A stretch of 64,000 nt of DNA, taken from the NCBI GenBank assembly GCA_903813345.2, contig CAIIXF020000001.1, positions 16,492,001 to 16,556,000 on the forward strand, read 5' to 3'. This stretch comes from Owenia fusiformis. Lineage: Eukaryota. A model generated the notes under the pieces. It searched no databases, was not told the DNA's origin, and saw only the letters and a list, made by a program, of their open reading frames with translations. Both the position numbers and the translations under genes were made by a program. Positions 25,174 through 38,241 of the stretch are shown piece after piece; the first letter of the stretch is position 1, and each line of letters starts with the position of its first letter.

Positions 25174-25769
25174 ACAAGTCACAAAAACGAAATCAAGTGA
25201 CAATACCAAATTGAGCAGACCTTTTCAACCTTCAACCACACCATCTTAGATTTGGTTGAGAACTTTATGTTTAATTAATTTCATAATAGCACATATTCCA
25301 GATTTCAATGTGGCCATATATTTCGAAAAAATTGTGATAGTCAAACCTTGCCATGTATTACTTAAACCGCAAATGCAAAATGTCTAAAACCAGAGATTCC
25401 GTATATTCAAATGTTAAAACAGAATAGGCACATCTTGTAATCGTTCATTTTCAATATATAATGGTACATGTATATATCATTTCATTTTTTCTCAGAAAAC
25501 AAGATATGGTATGGAAAATGATTTATTACAGTCATATCTTGGACGCTGATTATTGATTATGTTCTGAATATAAACAGTTTTCATTGAAATAATATTATCA
25601 ATCAAACTCTTCGAAACACATTGTTTAGGAGCGCATCTCGCAACACTTGTCAAATGAAATAGTTCTAAAAGATATTGCTTTTGAACGGGATAACGATGTT
25701 GACTACAATAAAGTTTAAAACAAGGCATTAACATGACAAAATGTCACCACCTAGTTGAAGCAAGATAAA

Positions 25770-26170
25770 AAAGACCTTTTTACCTTGAAGAGGTCATTAA
25801 AGGTCAAATCTATTTTGACCTCGGAAATGTCATTGAAGGTCAAATCTATAGTCAGATCTGAAATGTTGAGAACTTGTAGATGATTTTGTACAAAAATTGG
25901 TCGAAGCAAGTTGAAAAAAGACCCTTTTTGACCTTGAAATTGTCATTGAAGGTCAAATCTTAAATGTAACGTCAGATTTGAAAACATGTAAAAACATCAA
26001 ATGATTTTGAAAACAATTGAAGTCAGCATATACATATGTATACAGTATTTGTTAAATTATAGAAAATTGTAAGAATTTGTTACAGACGACGACCGCCGAT
26101 TGTCAACTGCCAACCACCAACCGCCAATCGCCGATCGCCGTCTAAAAAAACGAGGACCATAATAACATAC
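25770..26170 (+). repeat. TGACCTTG/AAGGTCA-rich repeat ending in a degenerate microsatellite (Helentron-associated-like)
   Basis: Repeated TTTTGACCTTGAA..GTCATTGAAGGTCAAATCT blocks followed by ACAGACGACGACCGCC... repeats; family assignment is inference. Confidence 0.4.
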
Positions 26171-26312
26171 ATTGTATGCCATATTAAAAAAATAAATAAA
26201 TATTAATTTGATAAAAAATACAACTTATGGTGATGAAATTCTTTTTCATGGTCAAAGCTTTGACTGCCTAAAATCATTCTCCATACCATGCACGGTACTT
26301 TTGTTTGATATG

Positions 26313-26412
26313 AGTTTGTTTGTTTTATTGTTTCATTTGTTTGTTTGTTTGTTTGTTTGTTTCATTTATTCGTTTGTGTAACTGTTTGTTTGTTTGTTTG
26401 TTTGCTTGTTTG
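26313..26412. repeat. (GTTT)n microsatellite
   Basis: Interrupted GTTT runs visible directly. Confidence 0.85.
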
Positions 26413-26471
26413 AGACATGTGTTTAAAATTGAATAGAGTTCGACATGTATGAACAAATACTATAAGTCATT

Positions 26472-26770
26472 GAATGATTTGAAGTGCAATACAGGATATA
26501 TTTGCTCGAGAAATTCCGTATTGGAACGAGACGGAGTCGAGTGCCAATACAGAATATCGAGAGCAGAATATATCCTGTATTGCACTTCAAATCATTCTAT
26601 AACGTTTTTATCGTGTGATCCTCTGTATTGCTACTGAGTCCCCTCCGTGCCAATATTTTCTGTATTGCGACGGAGATGATCAACGAGGACAATCTCAGTA
26701 GCAATACAGATTGGTACAGCACAAGAACTGACCAATCAGAAGGCTTCATTTCACAGATCATACGATAAAA
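26472..26770. mobile_element. Multi-hairpin non-autonomous element
   Basis: Hairpin 26472-26597 (GAATGATTTGAAGTGCAATACAGGATATAT / ATATATCCTGTATTGCACTTCAAATCATTC), then nested inverted pairs CTGTATTGCTACTGAG / CTCAGTAGCAATACAG and TTTTATCGTGTGATC / GATCATACGATAAAA. Confidence 0.65.
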
Positions 26771-26828
26771 GAGAGTGTGGAGGGAAGTTTGCTTGATTTG
26801 GAATGCACCCTACACAGATGGTGCTCTA

Positions 26829-27180
26829 CAGAAAACACTCGGTGCGGATATCATACACGTGCGGTTCGGATTTAACGGCCATTTTTGAATTTGAATTTGT
26901 GATGTATAATAACCTAAATCGTATATGATATCCCTCATAAAAAGGAAATTAATCCTCTCTCCAACGCGTGGATTTTGAAATTATCGTTTTTATACACCGT
27001 TTGCAGCCTTTCTTCAGTACTTGTGATAAATATACAATGTTGATACAAATTATTTTTGCATCTTCACCAAACATTAAACACCAAACGAGCTCTAGCACTA
27101 CTTGTTATTATTTGGGCCAAAAGTGAAAGATTTTGTACCTATTACATTAGAATGAAGTACACAACTATTTACACGATAAC
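26829..27180 (+). repeat. Partial copy of the dispersed element at 36684-37360
   Basis: Shares CGGTGCGGAT..CATTTTTGAATTTGAA, CCTCTCTCCAACG..TGGATTTTGA, TGATACAAATT..TTTTGCATCTT and TACACAACTATTT blocks in the same order. Confidence 0.7.
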
Positions 27181-27207
27181 TAGACATGAAAGGGAGTGTG
27201 CTAAATG

Positions 27208-27280
27208 CAAAGCGGGAATCGAACCCAGGACCTTCCGCACTTTTGGCCGATGCTCTTCAGCTCAAGTCAATAGAGATAGG
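27208..27280 (-). pseudogene. tRNA-derived fragment / SINE-type head
   Basis: Minus strand ...AGAGCATCGGCCAAAAGTGCGGAAGGTCCTGGGTTCGATTCCCG contains a B-box (GGTTCGATTCC) and degenerate A-box; acceptor stem does not pair. Confidence 0.5.
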
Positions 27281-30200
27281 CACTACAGTTCAGTTGGACC
27301 GTATTAGCAACGTGCTATCGAGGGACATTTCACCATCTCCCTGAAGAACGCGCGAGGCCCCGTGGCAACACTGAATATGCACATGGGCCGGGCAAATCCC
27401 ACTTCTGACACCAATGTAACGACCCATAGGCGCTTCCAGGGAGCTGCAGTGTAACAAGCCGTCTGCCTAGAGTGGAATGGTTTCCCCAAATATCTTGTGA
27501 AATAACATATTCATGGTCGAAATAATTTTGATTGCATGTTCTTTGCCTTATAGATAATACAAACCACAAGCGCCCAACAAACGCACTGATACTATTGTAT
27601 CTGCGAGGGGTGTAAAGCCGTTACATTGATGAAAAGGGTGTAGAACCTACAGATAAACTAAAGAAAACAGATGTACACTATATAAGCTACAGAGGAATAT
27701 CAAACTATCAACATAGGGGCCTCTATTGTCAGACACATGAAAGAGAGGCGGGTAAGGAATTTTTGTTTTAACCCATCAATATAATGTTAAACTGTTTATG
27801 TTTTAAGTCAGGGTCTTCCAATATTGTCTAACTGTCCATATTAAAACCTCTTGATAAAAATATGGATGTTTTGCCAAAGGAAGTCGACTACGTATATACA
27901 AATTAAGAAAGGATGAGGGACTGCCAACTAAAGGCAGTTTGATCACTTCTATACAACTACGGTCATAAATTAATATATAAAATATTGTGATCATAGTCTG
28001 ACTGTCATTTTTCTTCTGTTAAGATCTGGTCGTTAAAATTCAAGAATCATGCATGTTTGTTAAGTTATGCCGTATGCACCAGATTTCGCCATTCATTGTA
28101 GCACAACAAAACTATCAGAAAACTGCTATAAAAATTTACATTGGATACGCAAACGACAAGTTGGATTTTTTACTCTTTATATTCTAACGCTGAGCTCATT
28201 TTTATCTAACACCGAATCCACTTTGGCACCTTTATTAAAGTTCCTTATTTTATCATAGACTTTGTGTTTAAATCTAATCGAGTACATGAAACTTACTGAT
28301 GGTGTAAGCAAAACCATTTATTTTGATATCTGCCCAAGGGATCTACTTTTATTTTCTAGAAAAGCATAGTATGGAGTTTTTCTCTTTGATAAATGTAGCC
28401 GACGTATTCTCTATCTAATTATGTTTTTAAACACTTTCTCGCTTTCCATTGGTAAAACAATTTGAACAATAATTAGATGTTATTTACCTTATGGACTATA
28501 TTTAAGATAATAATTGTTATTGGTTTATTGAAAATGTGATGATAACGAGTAGGAAGGTCATAGAAATATAGAAAACCTAAATTAGAGTTTATTATCTAAT
28601 TTGATGATTACTTGACAATTATATTTTAATTACTTCTGGCATTGCAAAGTTCTTACTGATATGTTTAGTGTGAAACAATTGTGAACTCTGTCTAGAGATT
28701 TCTTTTAAAAAATTTTTTTTTTAAATTCTTGAAAATAGCTCTTTGCTGAAATCCTCCATAACTTCCAGAAATCAAGCCGATTTTCTTTATGAACAGGAAT
28801 CAACAGAGCATCAAAACTAAAGCTTCCAAGAAATAAAAAATATGCTTCTTCAACAGGACATACTTCTGGATTTTCTTGGGTTTTGGTTAGTACTATTGCT
28901 CTACACATGACCGATGCCCCACAATTGCATTTAAACGAGAATATACCAGAACTACTACATATCTCAGTTGACCTGACAACCCTAAATAACATTTTTCTTA
29001 AGGAATAGATTGAAAACTCATATTTCAACATAGGGGGGACAAGATAATATCCTTTGCTTTCTATTCTTCTTGTTGTTGTGAAAAATACTTAGCTTGTAAG
29101 TAAGTTAGACAAAAGTTCTGAGACAAATTGTCTTCAAAACCAATACCAACAGGCTCGAGTCATTAGTTATTAGGCTTATAGGATTGAGATAATTATAGTG
29201 TGGCATCAGATACCTTTTGAATGATATTAGTGTTTTGTGTGTTTTGAATGATTGGGTTTTTTGTTTCATTTTACGGGTTGTACCATTTTCGTTATTTCTC
29301 TTTCCGGCACATATGCTTTCATATTTCTTATCCGTGACAAGACTCTTGGAGGTCTATAATTGTTCACCCCTTAGTAATGGTAATCTGGCGTAAGTATTGT
29401 TGATTATTCCAGAGATTATTCGCCATTTTATCATACGGTTACTGTGACCTAATTATATTATCTACACTTTCTTTATTAGTTTATGTTCTACGTGGATGTC
29501 ATTAGTTGTAATAAGGCACAATCATCTGTCTCTAATGGCTGGAATGGACAGGGCTTTTAGGGAGCAATGACAACAGGCCTCCCTGTACCAATTGAAATTA
29601 TTCTCAAGTCCTCATGATTCCATTGTTTGAGTCATAATAATCAATATTTTTTCAAAATTAATTTCCCTTCTTGACAATAAGAATCCTATTTGCGAACTCG
29701 ACAAAAGAGTTGAAAATTATTACCAAGTGCAGTTCCAAATGTAATTGACAGGGAGAGCGGAAATGGTAACCCAAACAAATCTTAATAACGCACTCATCCA
29801 GTATGGATGTGTCAAATATGACTTTAAACCGATACTTGATGACTGAGTTATTAAGATTTTATCGGGTTACCTTTTTGTCTCACCTTGTAGAAAACGTGTT
29901 TGCATTGTAAATAAGCTTTCGGAGTATCATATGATACCTATCCTGGAAATGTGCTTCAATTATATATATCCATAAACAATTTGTTCTAAGACCTGAAAGA
30001 TTTAGCGAAAAGTAATGCTTTATTTGTATTTCAAACTCTTCAACATGTATTTCAATGACTTCAGTATGAATGTAATGTCCCTTGGTGTTCGGATCGTACA
30101 TGAGTTGAAGCGGAATTGCGGTACTAAACCTTTCCTTCCACGTTTGATTGTGTTTTGGGATAGTTTGGGTTTGTGTTCCTCATGACTGGTGTACTCTTCG

Positions 30201-30377
30201 ATTTATCTTTTTCTTACCGTGTTTTGTAATCATTTTGATATTCCCCCGTTGGCACTTGCACATACATACCCGTGCTCTTTTAGACCACTTTCTTTCTATG
30301 AAACCATCTGAGCTTGTTTCTGATCCAGTCCGACTAGAGCAAAAGAACAATGAAGCCACTTGATGCATTTAAAGCAT

Positions 30378-30924
30378 GGGACAAAAAGGTAACCCAAACA
30401 AATGTTAATAACTCAGAGATGAGTTTATAATCATATTTGAAATAATTGAACCTCGTTCAATGTTCTATCAGTCTACTAAGTTTCATTGGTCTGTTCTAAA
30501 GGGACACGATTTTGTGGCCGTTTAACAAAACATGCTCAAAATACCAGTCTCGTCTCTGGAGGCAACTTGAACGCAGCAGACGATTATACTCGGAATTTAC
30601 ACTAGCAGATATCTTGTGCAATGGCTGTCATTTTCCTTCTAATCTGTTGTCTCAACTTTCTGATGCTTCTAGGGTTGTTAGTGTAGACATTATCCTTGAA
30701 AAATTCTTGTGGTTCATATTAGATGATTTCGGCATGTTACTGTATTCTGAAAAAGTTTTGAAGAATGGCCCTTAAATCGTGCCTATTGGAAATAAATAGA
30801 CCAATGAAGCCTAGTGGAATGAATAGACACTGGACAAGGATGGATTGTGCCAAATATGAGGTAAACTTATGCTAAATGTCTAAGTTATTAACATTTTAAG
30901 TTACCTTTTTCGGCTCGACCTGTA
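30378..30924. mobile_element. Degenerate Tc1/mariner-type MITE (short relative at ~29748-29889)
   Basis: AAAAAGGTAACCCAAACAAATGTTAATAACT / AGTTATTAACATTTTAAGTTACCTTTTT inverted ends with further inner symmetry; same terminal motif in the ~140-bp element at 29748-29889. Confidence 0.55.
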
Positions 30925-33069
30925 CAACACACTAACTTTTAATATTTCAAGATCAGTCCGACCTGTAAGATGGATTTGTATGTTGAACGGTTTGGAGGTC
31001 GGTAAAATAACTTCCCACATTGTCCATACATGTAACAACATCTCACTGCGGCCGTTCACAGGTATGGATGGTAATATCGGGCAACATAGATTATTTTCTC
31101 ATCACTCAGGAGGAATTGAGGTTATAATTGCGTTTATATTGATCATCCTATGTTGATTAGAGTTCTTTAGGGACAGTAAACAGGAAGTGAAGAATGTGGA
31201 ATATAAGCCAGATATCAAGACGTATGCAACCTGATTATCTAATGAATCATATTATATTATTGAGGCTCATACTTGTGTCCTTGTGCTCGCAATGTCAGTA
31301 GGTGTAAATCAAGTGCTAAGGGGGATATTAATTTCTGTCAATTTATACTTACACTATATAAAACAATCCTAAGTACACCCAAAAGGAAAATATTCCATTT
31401 TCTAAAGATGAATAGCAATATAGAATTATGAAGAGGCCCTGTGCCGGAATGCACAATATGATGTTTTAAAGGTCAGGTTAGTCATAACAATACTAATTGC
31501 ACAAGAAATAATACCCAGGTAGAGTAACGACGATGATGAACCAGGTTAATGTTCTATAATATACCAATACGCGATAACGTTTAGTTTTAGTTCAGTTTAG
31601 TTACCTCCCGTTTGAAGAGCTCTCATGTATGGTACAACTTCGTCTACATCCGGGTTCTTTCCCATTGGATTACTCAGGAGTGCTATTTTCAATGCCGCAT
31701 TGCGACTCTATTAAACATTTATGTAAAGTTGCATTTGCACAAATGATAGGTATGTATGTAATTAAGATATATAAGAAGGCTTTTTGAACTGTAATCCCCA
31801 AATCCGATGAAATCTGTAGTTGAAAATGCCGTCCAATTCCAGTGACGTCACTGATTTCCCAGAAATTGCTCAGACTTCATCGAAGATAGAAAAAAAATGT
31901 TACTTTGAATCTCCGATTGTCTTTCTGATTATTCAATAGATTGGATCATATAACTATGCTTGAGGGCTGATGGAAGATCAGAAGCTGAGAAACGTTCAGA
32001 GTATTCGACTTGTTCGGCGGGCCAATGAAAAATTGTCCCTTCCAATCAAAGCGATGCATCATGGGAGATATTTATGTAAATTACTCTTATCGCGAATAGG
32101 AGTATTGCTAGTTTATCACATGAAGAAAACTAATGTTCAGACATGATAGGAGCCCCTGCATTATATTCTAATTTTGAAGGATGCAACACCACCGAATATC
32201 ATTCACAATCAAACAGATAAATAGAAAGGCGAAACCTGTGACGACATTAACTGAAAAAACGAAAATGGTGACACGGTGATAAAAGTAGGATATTGTTTCT
32301 GTTATGTTGTCCCTTGAGTAGCATTTAATGCGTTATGCCAGTCCAATTGTCAATATGACTTTAAATGCACACGTTTGTCCTCTTGCCATTGGGACTCATC
32401 ATCCTTGGTCCAAGGGTTTTTCACTTCTTTCCATGCTGAATTTAAGCATAAATGAAGTCCTTTGAATAAGGATGGAACTCATAACCTCATCAAGTTTCAT
32501 AATTGCATCCTATGGAAAGTCAGATGTATTATGATCATGCGGAGGGATTACAAAATGCAATAAAATATGTAAGATATATCAGGTATATTAGATTGAATTG
32601 TCATTTAGATTGTAACACGTTTGGTGCCTCTTTCTGGAGAACCCTTGACCTTTAGCAGCTGTTCGCTGACCCCTGTTGGTAGTTGATTACAAGCGAGATC
32701 ATTTTGCCTAATGTAAGTTCAATAAGATGACAATTAACAGACAGAGCAAAATCGATCGAATCTTCTTATAAAGGTATAATCTAATTTAAATCACTTGGTA
32801 TGGTCATAATATCTGGTCTCTGATGGCTTTACAGTTCTTGGAGTTAACAAGATCCTCTACTGCTCATCAGTTGCTACTTAAGCATGCCATTAATATCAGT
32901 AGTTATCGATCCACAGCCTGCTGTGTTGAACCCCTCCAATCCTCAGACATTGATCATTTCTCATCGTTGGTAGATTTAACTCTTACATGGGAGAATTACC
33001 TCATATTAATATATCCATAGCATGTACTTTTCTATTGATTTTCTGTTTGCTGCTTCACAATTCATTTTG

Positions 33070-33305
33070 TGTAACGGTATACATAACTTTACGGTACATA
33101 GCCTTATCCTGGCAGAACGAAGAAGTGAACATACTGTGTGGCGATATACATAACCTTACCATACATAGCTTACCCTGACAGCATGTCTGACGATACGTAT
33201 ACATAACCTTACCACACATAGTTTTACGCTGACACCATATAGAGGGGAACATATTGTGTGACAACATACATAATCGTACCATACATAGCTTACCTTGACA
33301 CCATG
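33070..33305. repeat. Degenerate tandem repeat (4 subunits, ~108-bp dimer)
   Basis: TACATAACCTTACCATACATAGCTTACC-like core recurs at ~33080, 33147, 33200, 33267. Confidence 0.7.
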
Positions 33306-36300
33306 GAGAGCTGGTCTAGTGCGTCAAATTATTTACTTTATTTATTCTTTACGTATTTAAATGAAGTGGAATGGACAGAAGACTTAAAATGTTGGAAGCA
33401 ATGTTTCTACAAACATACTACTGCTAGCAATTTCTAAATAGGAATTCAGATATGTTATTTAATATGTGAATTATTGAAGATATATGATACACAACTGTCG
33501 TGTCTTATGGACGCGTCTTAATTTGAAAAGACAAACATTATACTTTTCCGGAGTTAAATGTTGACAGTGTAGGTTTATGCTTGTTAGGCGTTGTAATGAA
33601 GGCATGACCATGGTGGTGTCTAGTCTTGTTTTTCTTGCAATCACAATTCCAGGAAAAGTGTTTGTCGCGTCACTTGTCTGATTTTTTCAAGTTGGCACGC
33701 TTGTTAGTTTGTTAGTTGATACCAAGTTTTAGCGCTGATTAACTTTTGGGCGGCTATTTTGTTTTCCTTCAGTCTTGTCATCGCTATTTCAGAAAATCTT
33801 CCCATCTGGTTTTCGCGCTTACTTGGTGGTATGATTTCGATTGAGGCATGTGCCTTAATTGAATTGAATGTGTCTTGTTCTTTGTATTCCTTCTTAATGT
33901 TGCTCCGGCAAAACAGCCCTAATTCACGTCACCATACTAGTCAATGGGCAAAAGGGCAAACGCCTGACTTTTTATCTCGAGTTATGGATTTATGTGGCCT
34001 CTCTGGCCTATCTGAGGTTCTAGAGCTATGTCTAAGCTACATTTTGATACTAAACTCAATAGGGGCCAAACAACTCCTTTTTGAAATAATTGGTCAAAAA
34101 TTCACAAAAATGAAGGCAAAATTAATACGCCACCTGACTCGGAATGTTCCTTCAAATAACCCAAATAAACGGATTTTCAGAAGAAATGGCATGTTGTCAT
34201 TGCAAAAAGATGACAACTGTACCTACATACTAGCTTACTGACTCGTCATAATCACAAGTGTGTTGGGACTACATTAATTTTTCAAAACTACGGAAGTGAC
34301 GTATTAAGGTATTTTGGCCTCCGCTGTTGCTTATGGTATTCTTTCATTTTCTACAATTCTGTAGTCATTGTCAATAAACCAAAATTTAATGATGAGTTCA
34401 AAGAGGAAAATTAATCTTGTGAAGCTTGGGTGATATAAATGGATTAAATATGTATCTCAATTGTGTTTTTCTATACTTTATATTTCTGTTGTGTGCTAAT
34501 GTTGTTAATGATGAAAGTAAACGGCCATCTAATATAGTTCATTTATACATTGTTAAGATATTGTTAAAACAAAGCAGAACTCATATAGAGGTAGATTAAA
34601 TCACTTTAATGTATCAATGGCATAGGGCAAGTCAAAAACCAAACAGGGACATGAATCGATCGACTAGCCAATAAAGCACATCCGAATAAAAATACATCAC
34701 CTTTGACATCACATCATTTTTCTGTCAACGTGGTAGAAATTGGGAGTAAGGATGCATTCCCTTATGTAGCATGATATATGAGCTGACATTTGCAACACAT
34801 GTAGCCTAGTGATTACTACAGACATAGACAGAGTACGTTTTACACTTCATCAGCGAACGTTACATTGATTAGCTATCGACATAAGCTGGACAAGCAAGAA
34901 AAAACATTCAATTTACAGCCTGATTTAGCGAACCGATTTAGTACGAAACTTTCATTATGAAAGCTTTTTATAAGCAAACTGACCTCATTTCAGGTTCTAT
35001 TAAACTTTTTGAGAAATAAACATTTTTTATTTCGAATTTCACTTAAAGTCAGTCAAAGATCAAATTTTAAATGTGATGTCAGACACCTGGCAACATGCAG
35101 ATGCTTTAGAAAGAATTTATTCATATTAAAGCTAGATTAGCCTTAAAACCTAAGCCACCTAAGGAATCACATAACTTTTTTAAACACAGTAAACAGCACA
35201 TAGTAACTAATACATTTTAATTTGATTGTAAGTTTACTCGATAACTAAAATATAATAACGTATTTGAACATGCTGGTTAATGAAATCATTCTAGCAATTT
35301 TTTATTTGCCCTTGTTGGTCCCCTGATTTGGGTTGTCGTGGCAATCATTTCTAATAAGATATGTATGTTGTACTAGAAAATATGTTTTGCATTATTAAAT
35401 CATTGTATGTTGCACATATCCTGGAACGACTTCAATGGAATATATTGAAAAGCAAATATTTTAGAGAAATATTACGAGAGCTTTATGCTTATCCCTCGTA
35501 CTCAAATTTTTGATGAGCACTAATTAAGCGTGCACTTAAATACAGTGCATTTATGAGAAAGGATTAGCTTGCTTCAATTTACCCCAGTATACCTTTAGGT
35601 AATTTTTGCCGTAGTATTGTTAAATATTAATTTATTAACCCAAAGGTTATACAATTCTCAACCTGTCAACCCACGCATGATCACCCAATATGTAATATGT
35701 AATTGGCCTTCAGTAACAGACGGTGACTACTAATGACTTAAGCTCTCCATCTCAGTTCCATGCGGAAGTCAAGCCATGTGATGCCAATGTTAGGTAGCCA
35801 TATCATCTAGATCCCATTTTCTCCCGATGGAGAACCTATACATCCGATGCTACCCCCTGTCATTTACCTAGTCTCTCCGATCTCTTTACGATGGTATGGC
35901 CCCCGCTCCATCTATTTTATCCTCTTTCATTTTATTTTACACATAATGCAGCAAACGTGTCGTATTCTTTCTGATATAAAAAGTTATAACAAAGGGCAAC
36001 TTTGTAATCGTTCTGGAGTACGCTATTTGTATTTCAATTTAATTGATTCAAGATCGGGTCTATAGGCATCATTACCAAACAGTTTGTTATATCAATTTTC
36101 CAAAAGGAACATTATTCAACGAAAATTAGACTAAATGGTATCTACGTATTAATATTAAACATGCACATACCATCCCGTGAAAGGATATAGAAGAGTTAAA
36201 GACCACGTCGAAAAGAAAATTGTCACCAAGGGCGTAGTCACGATTTAAATTCAGGCGAGGCTCATTTAAACTAAAGGAAGCATGTTACTACCTTTCACAG

Positions 36301-36683
36301 TGAGGCATTTGCCTCGCTTGCCTCATACCTGGATAGACCCATAGTGACTTTACTATATTTTTATTTGCATCATTCTATGTCAAGCCTAAAAATCCGACAG
36401 TTCTGATTTTATTTCAGGATAACCATACTGTAATGGTATTAATTAATTAGAGTGATTTCGTTTCACTTATTCCATTGTAATTCTGTAATAGAAAGAATAT
36501 AGATGGCACTTCCTATTTACCCAATTCTCGAATTCTGTTATACTTTTATACATACGATATAATGTTATCAGAGAAAAGAATGGAAAGGGAGACGTCTCGT
36601 TTCACAATTCCCATTAGTATGGACAATTTGGACATAAATCTTCAATAATTCTAGGCTATATCACCATAAGCAGACGATTTTCA

Positions 36684-37360
36684 CAGAGAACGCCCGGTGC
36701 GGATGTAATCATTTTTGAATTTGAAATCGTGATATTTCATTTACTAAACCGTATTGAGTATTTGGTTATATTCATATATGTAAGGATGATACCTAAAAAA
36801 GCAAATTAAGTAAATAGTTGTACTTCATTCTATAGCGACGCAGTTAAGCCTTAAACCTCTCTCCAACGTATGGATTTTGACAATGCTGCTTTTATACTCC
36901 ATTTACAGCCTTTATGCAGTATTGGTGATCAAGTTACCCTGATGATACAAATTAATTTTGCATCTTGAATGTCATTTAGTTTCTGTGTAATTTCATAAAA
37001 ATCTGAAAACATTATTGGATTGTGCTTCCCCAAAACGCTAGGTGCGGATAAGCATGTTGGCAGGAACGTTATTATTTGATGATATTGTGATATTTTGTAT
37101 CATGGATGGACTTGGACCACGCCAAATGGTCCTGGCACAACTAATTCTTATTTGAGCCAAAGGTGAAAGAGAAGATTTAATGGCCATTGTATCGCCATCG
37201 AATCGCCATACACAACTATTTACACAATTTGTTTTTAATTAGTCATTATGCGCATTTATATGAAACAATTAAATATCCAACACGGCTATAAACACAGTTA
37301 TAAAATAACTCATGCTAATTCCACACCAGGCGCGCATATATCCGCACCGATCGTTTTCTG
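36684..37360. mobile_element. MITE-like element with CAGA(G/A)AACG..CGGTGCGGAT inverted ends
   Basis: CAGAGAACGCCCGGTGCGGAT / ATCCGCACCGATCGTTTTCTG; partial second copy at 26829; no clear TSD. Confidence 0.6.
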
Positions 37361-37431
37361 AAAGCACGGCCCACAAAGGGTGTATATTTGATCAGACAAA
37401 CTCAATCATTTTTTGTAAATTGGGACTATAA

Positions 37432-37880
37432 CACGGGTGGTCATCGAAAGATTCTTCCGGCTTGGGGAGCAAGCTATTTTTCATAAAAACACTAAGAAAA
37501 GTTTATTAATTATTTCTAACTCATGTGTCGTTCTACCAAAGAAAATGAACTATTCCATGCAATGGGTATATCATTTGCGGATAACCTTCACTTCGACTTT
37601 GAAGTCGAATAACGTTAGTAGTAAAAGCTATTAAAAACGGTGTCAGAGTATCATACTCTAAATTAAACCATTTCTTTAAACACCTTTTTAATGGCACAAT
37701 ACAGTGACATGATAATTTTTACATATGTTTTCAGCATAACTTTGAAGATATTAATGCGAGAGGTGTTGTGTCTTTTTATATTTTTTTTATGAAAAAAGTA
37801 ATGTTTAATTTTTTCCCTTCTGCTTGGGGGGGCATTTTTTATTTCACATTTGAAACTGCTACCCCAAGCCGGACAACAAC
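37432..37880. mobile_element. Truncated relative of the CACGGG element
   Basis: Starts CACGGGTGGTCATCG...GGGGAGCA versus CACGGGATGTCATCG...AGGGAGCA at 2036; inverted CCCCAAGCCGGA at ~37862; matching right terminus not found. Confidence 0.45.
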
Positions 37881-37993
37881 AAAAAATTAAACGTTATTTT
37901 CTTATGAAAAAATAAAAAGGCCCAATATGATTTCATAAATACCTTCAGAAAGATACACGATGAATGAATACGATTTTATATGTTGCCATAGAG

Positions 37994-38241
37994 CATCCTC
38001 CTAAGCAGGGGTCCAGAATCCGTACCTCCTTCTTCCCCCTGCTATAACCAATTTGGAAGCACCCGACTTAACTGAATCAGGTGATCTAATTATGCGCAAT
38101 GACTTATGCATGATTTCTGTCGCAGTGTTGCGACAGCCAATCAGAATGTGAGTTCTTAAGCGGGGAAAGGGCAACTGCTTATCGCAGGGGGTATAGAGAA
38201 AGAATATATTCTGGATATTGAAGCCCTGTGATCGGAGGATG
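37994..38241. mobile_element. 248-bp MITE with 8-bp TSD
   Basis: CATCCTCC...GGAGGATG termini; CCATAGAG duplicated at 37986-37993 and 38242-38249; 77-bp derivative at 56822-56898. Confidence 0.82.

Noticed and set aside
27208-27280. Functional tRNA gene
   Set aside because: Acceptor and D stems do not pair; kept only as a tRNA-derived fragment.
27800-29031. Possible continuation of a copia pol on the minus strand (RPDL, FSD fragments) and the 108-aa ORF
   Set aside because: Motifs are in the wrong order and too short to support.
33055-33282. Cys-containing ORF with a galaxin-like CG...Y....CC.G pattern
   Set aside because: Only one unit fits, and the ORF is explained by a degenerate tandem repeat without clear splice sites.
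33759-34241. 160-aa plus-strand ORF
   Set aside because: Non-ATG start, no recognisable motif, no exon context.
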